From Mobula hypostoma (lineage: Eukaryota): DNA of 64,000 nt. Shown here piece by piece: positions 13,531 to 25,755 of this stretch. How positions within the stretch are numbered: position 1 is the first letter of the stretch; the number at the start of each line of letters is the position of its first letter. Location: the NCBI RefSeq assembly GCF_963921235.1, contig NC_086108.1:90956001-91020000 (forward strand), given 5' to 3'. A program made the translations under genes and the position numbers. The notes under the pieces are model-generated. The model saw nothing but the letters and a program-made list of their open reading frames with translations. It made no database searches and was not told where the DNA came from.

Positions 13531-13885
13531 GTTGAAAGGCTAGATAAGATGGATGTGGAGACAATGTGTCCAATGGCGAGGGGATCCAGAAATGGAAGGT
13601 ACAGCCTCAAAACTGAGGGGTGACCTTTTTAGAACAGAGGTGGGGAGGAATTTTATTTTTTTAGCCAGATAGTAGTGAATTTGTGGAATGCTCTGCCACA
13701 GACTGCAGTGGAGACAAATTCCATGGGCATATTTAAGGTGAAATTTGATAGTTTCCTGATTGGTCAGGGTATAAAAGGATATGGTGAGAAGGAATGTGTA
13801 TGGGGTTGAGTGGGATCTGAGATCAGGCATGATGGAAGGACAGAACAGGCTTGATGGACTGAATGGCCTAATTCTGCTCATATGT
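13531..13885 (+). mobile_element. CR1 3' fragment
   Basis: CR1 C-terminal motif (VVNLWNALPQTAVE) and 3' UTR gaatggcctaattctgctc. Confidence 0.75.
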
Positions 13886-13889
13886 CTCC

Positions 13890-14400
13890 ACTCATCAGGG
13901 TTGACCATAGATATTGCATTCTCACTAGATACACAAGACAGGGCAGTACAATTTGGAGAGCAAGCTGTTGCCCATGTAGCAACCTCCCTGCCTCCATACA
14001 TTTGATGAACCCAAAGGAACGGAAGAGACTGATACACTTTGGCCTATCATCATTGAACTCAATGTAGGACTGCCTTAAGATCTGTAGCTCTGGATTTTCC
14101 ATCAGGATTTACCCCTGAAGCCCTCCCCATGAGTGGGTATAACTACAAAGCAGTGGAGGTTTGAGATCAGAGTTTTCCTTCTCCTAAATGAGCTGACAAC
14201 CATGGCTGACAAGCCACAGCTGCCTGAAGCGACTGGTTTTAAGGCACTAGTAACCCTTTGCAGCTTTGCCCCTTCTCCTGTCAATAAAAATGGTTCTGCC
14301 GAGCCTAGTAGCTAAGCCCATGTGAAGGCCAGGAGCTGGACATGGTTGCCAGAGGCTATTTGAGGTGGACGCCATTGGAAGCATTTAGTCGGTAGTGGGA
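13890..14400 (-). mobile_element. Non-autonomous RTE-related retroposon (second copy at 40697-41065, + strand)
   Basis: The two loci are mutually similar in opposite orientation (cagctca..taggaga..gaaaactctgatctcaaacc; catgggcaacag.ttgctctcca); no coding capacity. Confidence 0.55.
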
Positions 14401-14689
14401 GCTTAAGGAAACAATAAAATAAGTGAGTTATGCAAAAGGTAAGAAACACACAAAATGCTGGAGGTACTCAGCGGGTCGGGCAGCATCTATGGAGAGGAAT
14501 AAAGAGTCAACTTTTCATGGAATTATGCAGCAACTTTCGAAGCTCTGGAGGAAATAGTGGTTCAGGCAGGATCTGTGGAGGGAAATGGAGGCTTGTTTTG
14601 GGTGGAGACCCTTCAGCTGGATTCTAAATTCCTCCAGCTTCTGCAGACTCTTGTGGTCATCATTTTGCAAGTGTTTTTTGAATAGTGGG

Positions 14690-15068
14690 TGGCAGGGTAG
14701 AGATATGTCTCTACCAAAGGAGGTGTAAGGCACTCTCTCCCTATGCTAGCTTGCAGGTCACCCTTAGGCAAGGTGTAGCACCTGCTCAGCACCCCCCCCC
14801 CCGATCAGGGTCACGTGAAGCCATGGGAGTAGGTGGGAGATGGTCGTACGGCCAGCTGATGCATATCACAAGTCCTGCTTATGTGACCACTAATGCCAGA
14901 CAGACAATCTCTGAAGAGTGTTGATAATGGTTGGAGTCACCCATCTTGTAGAGACACTGCCTAGAAGAAGGCAATGGCAAACGACTTCTGGAGAAAAATT
15001 TACCAAAGATGATCGTGGTCGTGAGACCATGATCTCCTTTGTCATACGACACGGCACACGATGATGAA
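14690..15068 (+). mobile_element. Non-autonomous RTE/BovB-related retroposon
   Basis: Contains GAAGAAGGCAATGGCAAAC, resembling the motif of BovB-derived Bov-A elements; ends in a (GAT)n/GAA tail. Confidence 0.5.
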
Positions 15069-16054
15069 GAAGGGGAATAGGAAGGGGTGTGGCATGTGCT
15101 GAAAGATTTGTCCTGATTTTAAAGTTTAGAGGTGTGCCTGTTCCTCCCAGCTGCAGCAAGTGTTCCTGTAGAACACAGTATGGTTGGGAAAATGAGGAGA
15201 GGCACACACTGCAGGGCAGACCGCTGGAAGAGGAAGGAGGAAGGAAAGAAAACAAGCACTAATCTGGAGCCCCTGTCTTTCTGTACAGGGAGCAATCTCC
15301 TCTGTGATTTGCAGGCAGGAACATTGTGTACTCAGGCATCTGTGCTGCAGTCAGAAAAACATCATTGAGGGGTGTACTAAGCCATTGCAGGGGGTGTTTA
15401 ACAGTCCATCATATTGATTTGTCTGGATTCATTTCTGGATCAGACCAGTTAAAAACAATAGATTTCCTTCCCTAATGTTCATTTATGAAACAACTGGGCC
15501 TTCACAACAAACTGGCAGTCTTGTGGTTAGCATTGTTTTTTTTTTCTTTAATGACTTTAAACCTTACATTTGAACTCACATCTCTGTGTTGTGGGTTCAT
15601 CTTTCTGGCTGTTAGAAAATGTTTCACACTTTTACTCAATGAGGCAGAGCACTTGACTTTTGTGCCATGTTTGTACGATTTAGACAATAACTACATATTT
15701 ACCAAGAAAAGAACTGCTTCTTGTATGTGGCTCGACAAGATCATTTCTAACTCAAAAAAGTGAGTCTCTAGTTCTGTTTCATAATGTAGTCCTGAAAATA
15801 CTGTACATCCTATGTTTCTACAGTAGGAGTTTTTCCAACTAGAATTACTGAGAGGTTGATGAGCTTGACCTGGTACGCAGTGACTCATCGACCCAGTGAT
15901 AGCTGGTGAGAATTTTGTGAGTTTAATATTCCAGCAAATGCAATAACTGAAAAGATGAATTTTTAATGCAGAATTACACAGAAGGTCAACCATTCAGGAA
16001 GCTATCATGTCCAGCTGCTGCCAACATTTATACCTAACTACGTGCTCCACCTTT

Positions 16055-16320
16055 TATTTATTTATTGAGATAAAGCCCTTCGAGCTGTGCTGCCCAGCAA
16101 CCCCTGATTTAACCCTATCCTAATCAAGGGACAGTTTACAATGACCAATTACCCTACTACCCAGTACATCTTTGAACCATGGGAGCAAACCGGAGCACCC
16201 AGGGGAAACCCACACGGTCACTTGGAGAATGAACACACTCCTTGAAGACAATGGAGAGAATTGAACCCAGGACACTGGTACTGCAAAGCATTGTGCTAAT
16301 AACTATGCTATCGTGCTGCC
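16055..16320 (-). mobile_element. tRNA-headed SINE (related copies at about 27570-27712 and 52250-52522)
   Basis: Shared body gatttaa.ccta.c.taatca..ggaca.tttacaatgaccaatta; minus-strand B-box (revcomp of gaattgaacc); TTTA tail. Confidence 0.7.
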
Positions 16321-18921
16321 CTTGCGCCCCTTTTCCAATGATATCACATGACCTTAGGATTCTTTCTTCCCAGCATTTATTTAGCTTCCCCATAAATGCA
16401 GGTATTTTGTAGTAATAATTTCTATTACTTACTAGGCAAAGAAATTTTATTGAATTTCCTTCTGAATTTATGAATATCTTCCTTTTATAGTTCTTTGTGT
16501 CCACTTGCAACAAAATCAAAATTTTCTTCATGTAACACATCTTCATAATCTAATAAAACAATGCTGTTGTTGCCTCCCCTCAAGCCTCACCCAGTATAAT
16601 CTAACCTGGTACTTGATTTCCTCTAAAAGATTATCAGCAGACATCATGTTCAGAAATGTAAATCACTTCATATCTATAATTGTCCTTCTTGTTAGAAGTA
16701 ATTTCTGCCGGTAGATTTGATTTATTTTATTAAAGGTGCTAAAAAGTTATGACTATAAAGACCAAAGGGACTCTGCATTTGGTTGCAAATGAAGTTTTTA
16801 ATTCCTCAGTCAATGAAAGAATCTCCAAAGCCTGAAATCAAAAACAATTCGGTTGCTAATTTCCTTACCCTTCCCGATAAAAGTATTTGGGTACACAACC
16901 GTCAGATATAATGTCTGTTTAAAATAAAAAGGAAAAGTTTCCTGTTTTCAAACAGACATTCCTATTAGCCACTTTCTGTAGCAGACTGGTTTAAATACAT
17001 CAAACAAAAACATGACATTCAGTCTCCTGTTCTGTCCCTGGAGTGCATTTAGAGCAGCAGCTTCAGTCTCTGCACATGTGTACAGTTTCATTAATTTTCC
17101 TTACAAGCCACTTGCTTTATTTCTTTCCCTTCATCGTTGCTGATGCAACTTCTTCTGTAATGATACCAATAAAATATAGTTACCTGCTTTTTAACAATAA
17201 AGATAATTTGAATTTTGACTTCTTTCTTGCTATGCAATATTATGCCTGATCACTTGCCTAATTGTTTTCAACTAAGCTACTCACAATTCTCAACATAATT
17301 GCACCACAGGAGTGACTATATTAGTCTGTTTCTATTGCCAGTACGTGAGACCAGCACTTTTGTTTTACAGACAACTGCGAAGGAGTTTATTTTTAAAAAT
17401 ACACTATATTTTGTAATGTAGTTCATTATTTTCATCTCACCTCGAACATGCAATGATTTATAGAATTATTCTGCTCTAATAAATGCTAACAGTACATATA
17501 AGGGCACATCTTCTATTGATGACTAAAACTGATTGGTGTTAATGCAAATAAAAGTTTGTTAGCTGATGTGTTCCAATGCAAAATCACCAAAAGCCTCTGA
17601 GCATGGATATTGTTGACAATGTGACTTATTTCCCAGATCACTTAATGTGATGTTGGAATAAAATTATATGGCTCGTATTTGATGTTGATGAGGAGGAAAA
17701 ATGAGACAATGAGGACTATTTGCATCTTTGGCATAGCAAATCTAATTAGATCAGAAACTCTGTCACCTTCACTGACCGGTTAATGTTTGAAGTACTCATG
17801 CCTCATCTTCAGTTTATTAAAATTGATCTTACCAAGAATCTAGGTTTTGTTAAACACATTTTTTTTGTCACACTGCAGATTTAAAAGTGGTAATTTGTGA
17901 TAATCACATGCATTTCTTCTATTTAATCTATATTATCTTTGGAAGTTCACACAAAAAGATTCCCAACCTTTATTTAAATGCAAGCCACACAGAATTGAAG
18001 GTCAGGGATTAATACTTTTCAAAATTATTCATAAAAAGAAAATCTTATAATAGGAAGTCTTATAGGTCATGGCTGTCAGCCATTTCGCATTGATTGTCTT
18101 TATCGTTTCATGGAATCTACTATTGCAGTGGCACAGAAAGAATAGATTTATGGGCCTTGTACATTGTCCTTAATGTTTAATATGTTCATATCTACCTAGA
18201 TTGACAGTTGCTGCACAAGAGAATTCCCAAAGAGACCCAACGTTACTGGTGTCGGTGGATGGCATCACTTACTTCATGCTTCTGTTATTAAATTGATAAC
18301 AAGATAATTCCTATGCTTTTCAGAGACATAACAGAATATACAGCTGTTACCTCTCTCAATAACAGTATTTTCCATTCTATAGAAAGGAGTTGCTGGTAGG
18401 TGGGGGGGGGGAAGGCTGAGTAAGTTTGAGTAGGAGGAAGGTTGAGAGCAGAAGGGTGAGCTGGAGTAACATATTCCACATTATTGTTTTACTGGTTTTG
18501 ACACGGACAATGCAAACATAAAATGGTGCCCAACAGCATCATCTGAAATCACATGCATTTCTTTGTTCCCTTTGTCTAGTTCAGACACACATGAACATGC
18601 ACAGCATAAAAACATTAAATACGTTTTCTTATTTTTTTAATGCAGGGAAGTGCACGTTGCTTAGGCTTTTTGAAAGCTGCTCTTTAGTCCTTTAATGCAC
18701 TACCATGTTTAGTAGGCTGCTTGTTGTTACAGGGATGGTTAAATGAGAATATCATCAGCATGCATGCCCAGTGCCTTTCGTAGTCCTTTGAGACTATTGC
18801 TGCAATTTGCACAGTAATTCTGAATTAGAATGTTATTGGGAAATTAATATTTATAAAGATTTTTTGATGAGTGTAGTTACAGCTTTACAACCAAAGTATT
18901 TCAAAAATTATGACTTAAAAA

Positions 18922-19145
18922 GAGGCGGTATGGTAGTGTAGCAGTTAACATACAGCTTTGGATCACCAGTATCTGGGTTCAATTCCTGCTGCTTTCTGTA
19001 AGGAGTTTGTACGTTCTCCCTGTGGCCACATGGATTTCCTTCCACGTTCCAACGGTGTACAGGTTAGCAAGTTAAGTGGTCACTTGGGTGTAATTGTGCG
19101 GTGCGTGTTTATTGGGCCAGAAAGGCCTGTTACCGTGCTAGCTAA
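18922..19145 (+). mobile_element. tRNA-headed SINE (related copy at about 25240-25510)
   Basis: A-box-like ggtagtgtagcagtt, B-box gggttcaattcc, and body tgtaaggagtttgtacgttctccc shared by both copies. Confidence 0.7.
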
Positions 19146-20209
19146 AAAAAACTAATTACTCAGAGTATATTGACTACAAAAGTAGCACATCTCATTTCTG
19201 CAAGGCTCAAGGATGAGCAGTGATGCAGAAGAAATGTAAGGAACTAATAGGGAAATGGAAATGTCCACCACTCAGCTGAAGGAGCTGAAGAATTGAAGAG
19301 GCTTAGATTGATCTCTGTGAAAAACACTTCAGAACTGGAGAAGCTTGAGCAGAGATATGTTTAGGACGAGGGTGAATAATTAAGTACACCAATTCAACGA
19401 AACATAAAAAAATGTTTTCATAATTTATGTATTCTCTGACCACTAGGTCCGGAACCATCAACATATGTAGCCATTTAGATTAATGTCAGTATCCCAGCCT
19501 CTAGCATTAATGGAATAGATGGCATAAGCAATAATCAGTTTGTCTTTTCTACAGACTAGGCATGGCCTTATAGCGGATTCTGCACCATGCTGACTTGTAA
19601 AGTATTGAGAATCAAAAATGTGCAGATGTTGCAAACCTGAAATTAAAAAAAAACAGAGAATAATAGAAGCACTCTGTAGATCAGGCCACACCTGTGTCAG
19701 TTCTGATGGAAGGGCATTGATCTGAAATGTCAATCATGTTTCTTTGACAGATTTTACCTGACCCGTTGGATGTATCCTGTATTTACTGGATATTATGTTA
19801 TATCTTTACTTCTTATGTTCTCTATTTTAAGCTACTATTAGCCTTACTGATTTCCATCCATTTTGACACTTGCATCTTCATAAATACAGCAGCTTGGTCT
19901 TGTTCTGACCCTGAAGATGGAAGTATGATTGATCTTATAAGCTAAGAACAGGATGTTGAATGTCTGATTCTGATAAGCCTCCTTCAGTTCTTTAGCTGCT
20001 GGTCTTTTTATTTTGAGAGATGCTAGATCTGTGCCAAATCAGCTTTGAAATTGGTAAAACATTTCAGAAACAACCTCTTTGATATTGGTTGAGGGATCAT
20101 ATATAAACCAGACTAGCTAACCAAATTTCCATCTCTCAGTGAGATATGTGAATCTGATATTTCTTTTAAAATTCCAGTTATTATTGCTCAGACTAGCATT
20201 TCATTGAAG

Positions 20210-20559
20210 TTTGAAGTTTAAAACCAATCGAATATTGAAAGGCGGAGATTATGTGGATGTGGAGAGGATGTTTCCTATAGTGGAGGAGTCTAGGACCAGA
20301 AGGCACAGCCTCAGACTGGAAGGACATCCCTTTAGAACAGAGATTAGGAGGAATTTCTTTAGCAAGGCGGTGGTGAATCTGGGGAATTCACTGCCATAGA
20401 TGGCTATGGAAGCCAAGTCATTCGGTATGTTTAAAGCAGAGGTTAATGGCTACTTATTTAGTAAGGGTGTCAAAGTATTTAGTATGGGGAGAAAGCAGGA
20501 GAATGGAGTTGAGAGGGATAATAAATCAGCCATGATAGAATGGTGGAGCAGAATCTATG
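20210..20559 (+). mobile_element. CR1 3' fragment
   Basis: ORF 20211-20399 SRTRRHSLRLEGHPFRTEIRRNFFS. Confidence 0.8.
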
Positions 20560-21506
20560 GGCTGCTCATTAGGAAGATGTGACATAGGATCGGAAGATAT
20601 TGAATCCTTGTGGGTTGAATTAAGAAATTGCAAGGGTGAAAGGACTCTGATGGCAGTTATATACAAGCCTTCAAACAGTAGCTGGGATGTGGACTACCGA
20701 TTACAACAGGAAATAGAAAAGTCATGTCAAAAGGGCAATGTTATGATAGTCATGGGAGATATTAACAAGCAGGTAGATTTGAAAATTAGGTAGCTAATGG
20801 AGCTCAAGAGAGTGAATTTGTTGAATGCCTATGAGATGGCTTTTTCAAGCAGCTTGCTATTGAGCCTTCTAAGGGATCAGCTATACTGGACTGGGTGTTA
20901 TGTAGTGAAACAGAGGTGATCAGGGAACTTAAGGTAAAGGAACACTTAGGAGGCAGTAAGCACAATATGATTGAGCTCAACCTGAAATCTGATAGGGAGA
21001 AAGTAAAGGCTTTCAGTGGAGTAGCAGTATTTCAGTGGAGTAAAGGAAATTACAGTGGTATGAGAGAGGAGTTGGCCAAAGTAAATTGGAAGGAGATGCT
21101 GGCAGGGATGACAGCAGAGCAGCGAAGGCTTGAGTTTCTGGAAAAAATAAGGAAGGTGCAGGATAGATGTACTGTATTCCAAAAACAAAGAAATACTCAA
21201 ACGGCAAAGTAGTACAACTGTAGCTGACAAGGGAACTCAAAGCTAATGTAAAAGCAAAAGAAAGGGCATACAACAAAGCAAAAATTTATGGAAAGATAGA
21301 GGATTGGGAAGCTTTTAAAACCCTACAGAAAGCAACCAAAAGAATCATTAGGACAGGAAAGATGAAATATGAAAGCAAACTAGCAAATAATATCAAAGTG
21401 GATAGAAAAAGCTTCTTCAAGTATGTAAAAAGTAAAAGAGAGATGAGAGTGGATATAAGGCTGCTAGAAAATGAGGCTGGAGAAATAATAACAGAGGATA
21501 AGCATA

Positions 21507-21967
21507 TGTACCCTGGGGAAAAGTACACTTTGGCACAACTTTTACAAATATTGCCTGGTAGTTAAATTACAGGAGGACTGACCTACTTGGATGGTCAGGA
21601 AATTTGCCCAAGCCACACGATCTAGCGTTGAGTCATTCACTCAAGAAAATCTAAAGCATCCACGTGTAAAACATGTCAAATTATCAATATTCTCAATCCG
21701 CCAACAAGCATAAGTGAATTCACATGGATATTGTCAATTAATGCTTACCTTTCCTCACCATGCCCAGCACACTCTGGGAAGAACCCACTTCCAACCCCTT
21801 ACCACGTCTTCAGCAGAAAGCAAAATGGTCTCCCCACTATACCGCGCGTGTGTAATGACATCACCGTCTCCCTTAAAGGCACAGACAACTATTCTAGCAT
21901 TTCCCAGATGGATACCTAAGTACACTTTTAACGATACTGAATAAGTTCCGATGGTCACCCGGTTACA
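21507..21967. mobile_element. Solo LTR (461 bp), probably Gypsy-type
   Basis: Begins TGTACCCTGGG and ends CCCGGTTACA (TG...CA with short inverted termini); 4-bp TSD CATA at 21503-21506 and 21968-21971; interrupts the CR1 coding sequence. Confidence 0.75.
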
Positions 21968-22469
21968 CATAAACTAAATGAGTGTTTTGCATCAGTCTTC
22001 ACTGTGGAAGACACTAATAGTGTGCCAGGTGTTGAAGGGTGTGAGGGAAGAGAAGTGGGTGCAGTTACTATTACAAGGGAGGAAGTGCTCAAAAAACTGA
22101 AAGGCCTAAAGGTGCATAAGTCTCCCAGAAAAGATTAACTGAAAGAGGTAGTGGTAGAGATTGTGGAAGCATTAGTAATGATTTTTCAAGAATCATTGGA
22201 CTCTGACATGGTTCCTTAAGACTGAAATATTGCAAATGTCACTCCACTCTTTAAGAAAGGATGGAAGCAGCAGAAGGGAAATTCTAGACCAGTTAGCCTG
22301 ACCTCAGTGGTTCAGAAGATGTTAGAGTCAACTATTAAGGATCAGTTTATGGAGTACTTGGTGACACAGTACAAGATAGGACAAAGTCAGCATGGTTTCC
22401 TTAAGGAGAAATCTTGCCTGATGAACCTGTTGGATTTATTTTAGGAGATTAAAAGTGGAATAGATAAAG

Positions 22470-22584
22470 CCTCTTCCTTCAGTTAGTCCTGATGAAGGGT
22501 CTCGGTCCGAAACGTCGACTATACCTCTTCCGGGAGATGCTGTCTGGCCTGCTGCGTTCACCAGCAACTTTGATGTGTGTTGCT
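22470..22584 (+). mobile_element. 115-bp Penelope terminal unit consisting of a hammerhead motif plus 3' tail
   Basis: Matches the 3' end of 6984-8451; perfect 9-bp TSD TAGATAAAG at 22461-22469 and 22585-22593. Confidence 0.88.
22485..22520 (+). ncRNA. Minimal type-I hammerhead ribozyme motif, core intact
   Basis: AGUC-CUGAUGA-A-GGGUCUCGGUCC-GAAA-CGUC^GACU: helix I AGUC/GACU, conserved CUGANGA and GAAA boxes, GUC cleavage triplet ending at 22516. Confidence 0.75.
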
Positions 22585-23939
22585 TAGATAAAGGGGGTGT
22601 AGTGGATGTTGTATATTTGGATTTGCAGAAGGTCTTGATAAAGTGCCGCACATGAGGCCAAGTTAAGAGCCTATGGTATTAAAGGAAAGTTACCAGCATG
22701 GTTAGTGCATTGGCTGATTGGAAAGAGGCAGCGAGTGAAAATAAAAGGATCCTCTTCTGGTTGGCTGCCAGTGATCGGTGGTGTTCCGCAGGGGTTGGTG
22801 TTGGGGTCATTAATTTTTACGCTGTACATCAACATTTTAGACATTGGGATAGATGGCTTTGTTGCCAGTTTTGCAGAGGACATGAAGATTGGTGGAGGGG
22901 CAGGTAGTTTTGAGGAAACAGGAAGGCTGCAGAAGGACTTAGACAAATTATGCGAATGGGCAAGAAAGTGGCAAATGAAATACAATGTTGGAAAATGCAT
23001 AGTCATGCATTTTGGTAGAAGAAATAAATGTGCAGACTATTTTCTAAAAGGGGAGAAAATCCAAAAATCTGATATGCAAAGGGACTTTGGGAGTCTTTGT
23101 GCAGAACACCACCCTAAAGGTTAACTTTCAGGTTGAGTCAGTGGTGGGGAAGGCAAATGCAATGTTAGTGTTCATTTCAAGAGGTCTAGAATACAAGAAC
23201 AGGGATGTCATGCTGAAGCTTTATAAGGCACTGGTGAGGCCTCAGCTTGAACATTGAGAACATTTTTGGGCTCCTTGCCTAAGAAAAGTTATGCTCACAT
23301 TGGAAGGGGTTCAGTGGAGGGTCACGAAGATGATTCCAGGAATGAAAGGGTTATCATATGAGGAACATTTGATGGCACTGGGCTTGTACTCATGGGAATT
23401 TTGTACTCATTGAAACCTTTCACATGTTGAAAGGCCTAGGCAAAGTAGATGTGGAAAGGATGTCTCCCATGTTGGAGGAGTCTTGGACAAGAGGGCACAG
23501 CCTCAGGATAGAAAGGTGTCCATTTAAAACAGAGATAAAGAGACATGGTATTTAGCCAGAGGGTAGTGAACCTGTGGAATTTGTTACCACAGGCAGCTGT
23601 GGAGGCCTGGTCATTGAGTGTTTTTAAGGCAGAAATTGATAGGTTCTTGATTGGCCATAGCATCAGCAGTTATGGGGAGAAGTCCGGGAAGTTGGGCTGA
23701 GCAGGGGAGAAAGGATCAGCAATGATTGAATGGTGCAGCAGACTCAATAGGCCAAATGGCCTAATTCTGCTCCCATGTTTTAAGGTATGGTCTAATGGCT
23801 GAAATGTCCTAATTATGTTACTATCCTAAGGTTTATAAGTGCCCCAGCTGATTTGTTAGGATTCAAACTCGTGTTTCCAGATTAATATTTCATGTCTCTG
23901 GTAATGAGTCTAGTAATTTAAATACTATTTAATCTCAGC

Positions 23940-24021
23940 TAGGTGTCTTCAACCTTTTTAATTGCATGGACCCCTACCATTAAACAAGAGGTCCATGGTT
24001 CCCACAGGTTGGGAATGCCTG
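23940..24021. mobile_element. 82-bp hAT-type MITE
   Basis: Termini taggtgtcttcaacc / ggttgggaatgcctg; 8-bp TSD ATCTCAGC / ATCTAAGC. Confidence 0.65.
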
Positions 24022-25642
24022 ATCTAAGCCATGACTGCAGATTCCAAGGCATGTGCTTCAAATGATATGGAACACACATTCCTCTTTTAACTAAATTAGT
24101 CTTACTTTACTTGAAAATTCAGAATAGGGGAAGAGATTCTTCTTAAATTTCTGAAATTTGGACCTTCAACTAATTTTTACTGAATGTATTTAAAGTAAAA
24201 CCGAGAGCCAAAACATTTACATGTTCTGAAATGTGTATTTTTCACTATGTACAGATAATGACAGAAGCAGTATACAATAGGTTCTTCCCAGCTCAATAAT
24301 TTTCCCTCTCTTGGGCTTAGTCATGAATTTTTCAAAATGAGTTGTTAGCATTTTCCAAGATTTTTTTTTGCATAGGTTTTCAATCTGGATCATTGATGCG
24401 TTACCTCCACTTCTGAGGTTCCTAAAACTTCAAATATTTATGAAGTTCCCTTCCAACAATACACCGTTCCCTTGAGTTGTTTGCAACTGTTGGTGGTTGT
24501 CTTCTCTTCCATACAGAAATAAACCTTGACATTTAACAAACTGTCAAGAATTTCAGTAAGAATTTGGACAACCTTTGTTTATGCACAATGTCAGTGTACG
24601 TGGCAAATCTTTTCACAGTTGGCCACATCTGCAATAGTGGAAGGTTTAATTTGTGCATCTAGTAATTAATACTGCAGGATTTGCTTATGGCTGTCAAAGA
24701 TTAGTGCTTTCACACTTACATTCTTAAAACCTGTTAAAAACACACCAGTTCTTCTGTTTTCTGAAAATGCTTCCTGCAAAGAAATAATTGATAGTGTGAC
24801 ATTATCCAATGGTATTGTGGAAAATAATGGTAGTATGTGTACTTTGTTAAATCTTCACAGCATCGCTTTCGAGGCAGAAATAACCTTCCCTCACCTCGAG
24901 TAATATATTGCTTTGAAACTGAAATTGGACCTCAAACTATACTTCTTTAACCTATGTCAATCACAGAGCCCAGTCTCTCAACCTATCTGTGTTATTTATA
25001 TGAACTATGAAATCTAATAGGTTAATGACAATTTCCTTTCACTCCCATCACATTTCCTTTATCATGAATCACTCGATTTTTCCATGGTTGTTTGAACAGA
25101 GGAATTTAATGATTTCTGCCTTGAGGACTATAGTGTTCCACTTGCTTTATGTTCATGCTATTCTAACAAAAAGTTTTCATTTGGAGGTAAGATTTGCAGA
25201 ATTTCCAAGTGGGAATCACACTATTTCTTCTACCACACCCCAGGGCGGTGTGGTATTGTTGTGACTTTGCAGTGCAGGTGAGCCGGGTTCAATTGCCCTC
25301 TGCTGCCTGTAAGGAGTTTGTATGTTCTCCCCGTGACCACATGGGTTTCCTCCGGGTGGTGTGGTTTCCTCCCACAGTCCAAAATCATACCAGTCATTGT
25401 AAATTGTTCCATAATTAGGATACGGTTAAATCAGGGGCTTCTAGGCGGCACGGCTCGAAGGACCAGAAGGGCCTATTCTGCACTGTATCTCAATAAAAAA
25501 ATGAATATCTAAATAAATAGAAACTTGTCCCAGCATCTCCGAAGGAAGGCTAAAGAACAAAGAAACCTTGTCTTCTCTTTATGCAATGATCCAAAGTGAC
25601 AAATATTGTGGTGAACTTCCTCCCCTTAGAGGTAAGTGAAAA

Positions 25643-25755
25643 AGGATCTAGTGCTTTCCTGACATATACGATGAATAAATTCTTCTCGGGATTCCAGCTG
25701 GGTGGGAGCCCGGAAGGAGTTTATTTGTATATATGCCGGGAAAATACTAGATCCT
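25643..25755. repeat. 113-bp imperfect inverted repeat (hairpin)
   Basis: aggatctagtgctttcctgacatata..aataaattcttctcggg pairs with cccggaaggagtttatt..tatatgccgggaaaatactagatcct. Confidence 0.75.

Larger units (their letters stand above)
20560..23790 (+). mobile_element. Long decayed CR1 ORF2 (endonuclease to 3' UTR) hosting two younger insertions
   Basis: Endonuclease motifs ESLWVEL, VIYKP, MGDIN; RT motifs GVPQGLVLG, FAEDMK; many frameshifts. Confidence 0.88.

Noticed and set aside
14200..14400. HDV-like ribozyme at the 5' end of the RTE-related element
   Set aside because: Plausible for RTE 5' ends, but I could not build the nested double pseudoknot by eye; needs a structure-descriptor search.
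18922..19000. tRNA genes at SINE heads (also about 900-950 and 25240-25300)
   Set aside because: Only A/B-box-like remnants without a full cloverleaf; the 18.9-kb and 25.2-kb heads run into a shared SINE body.
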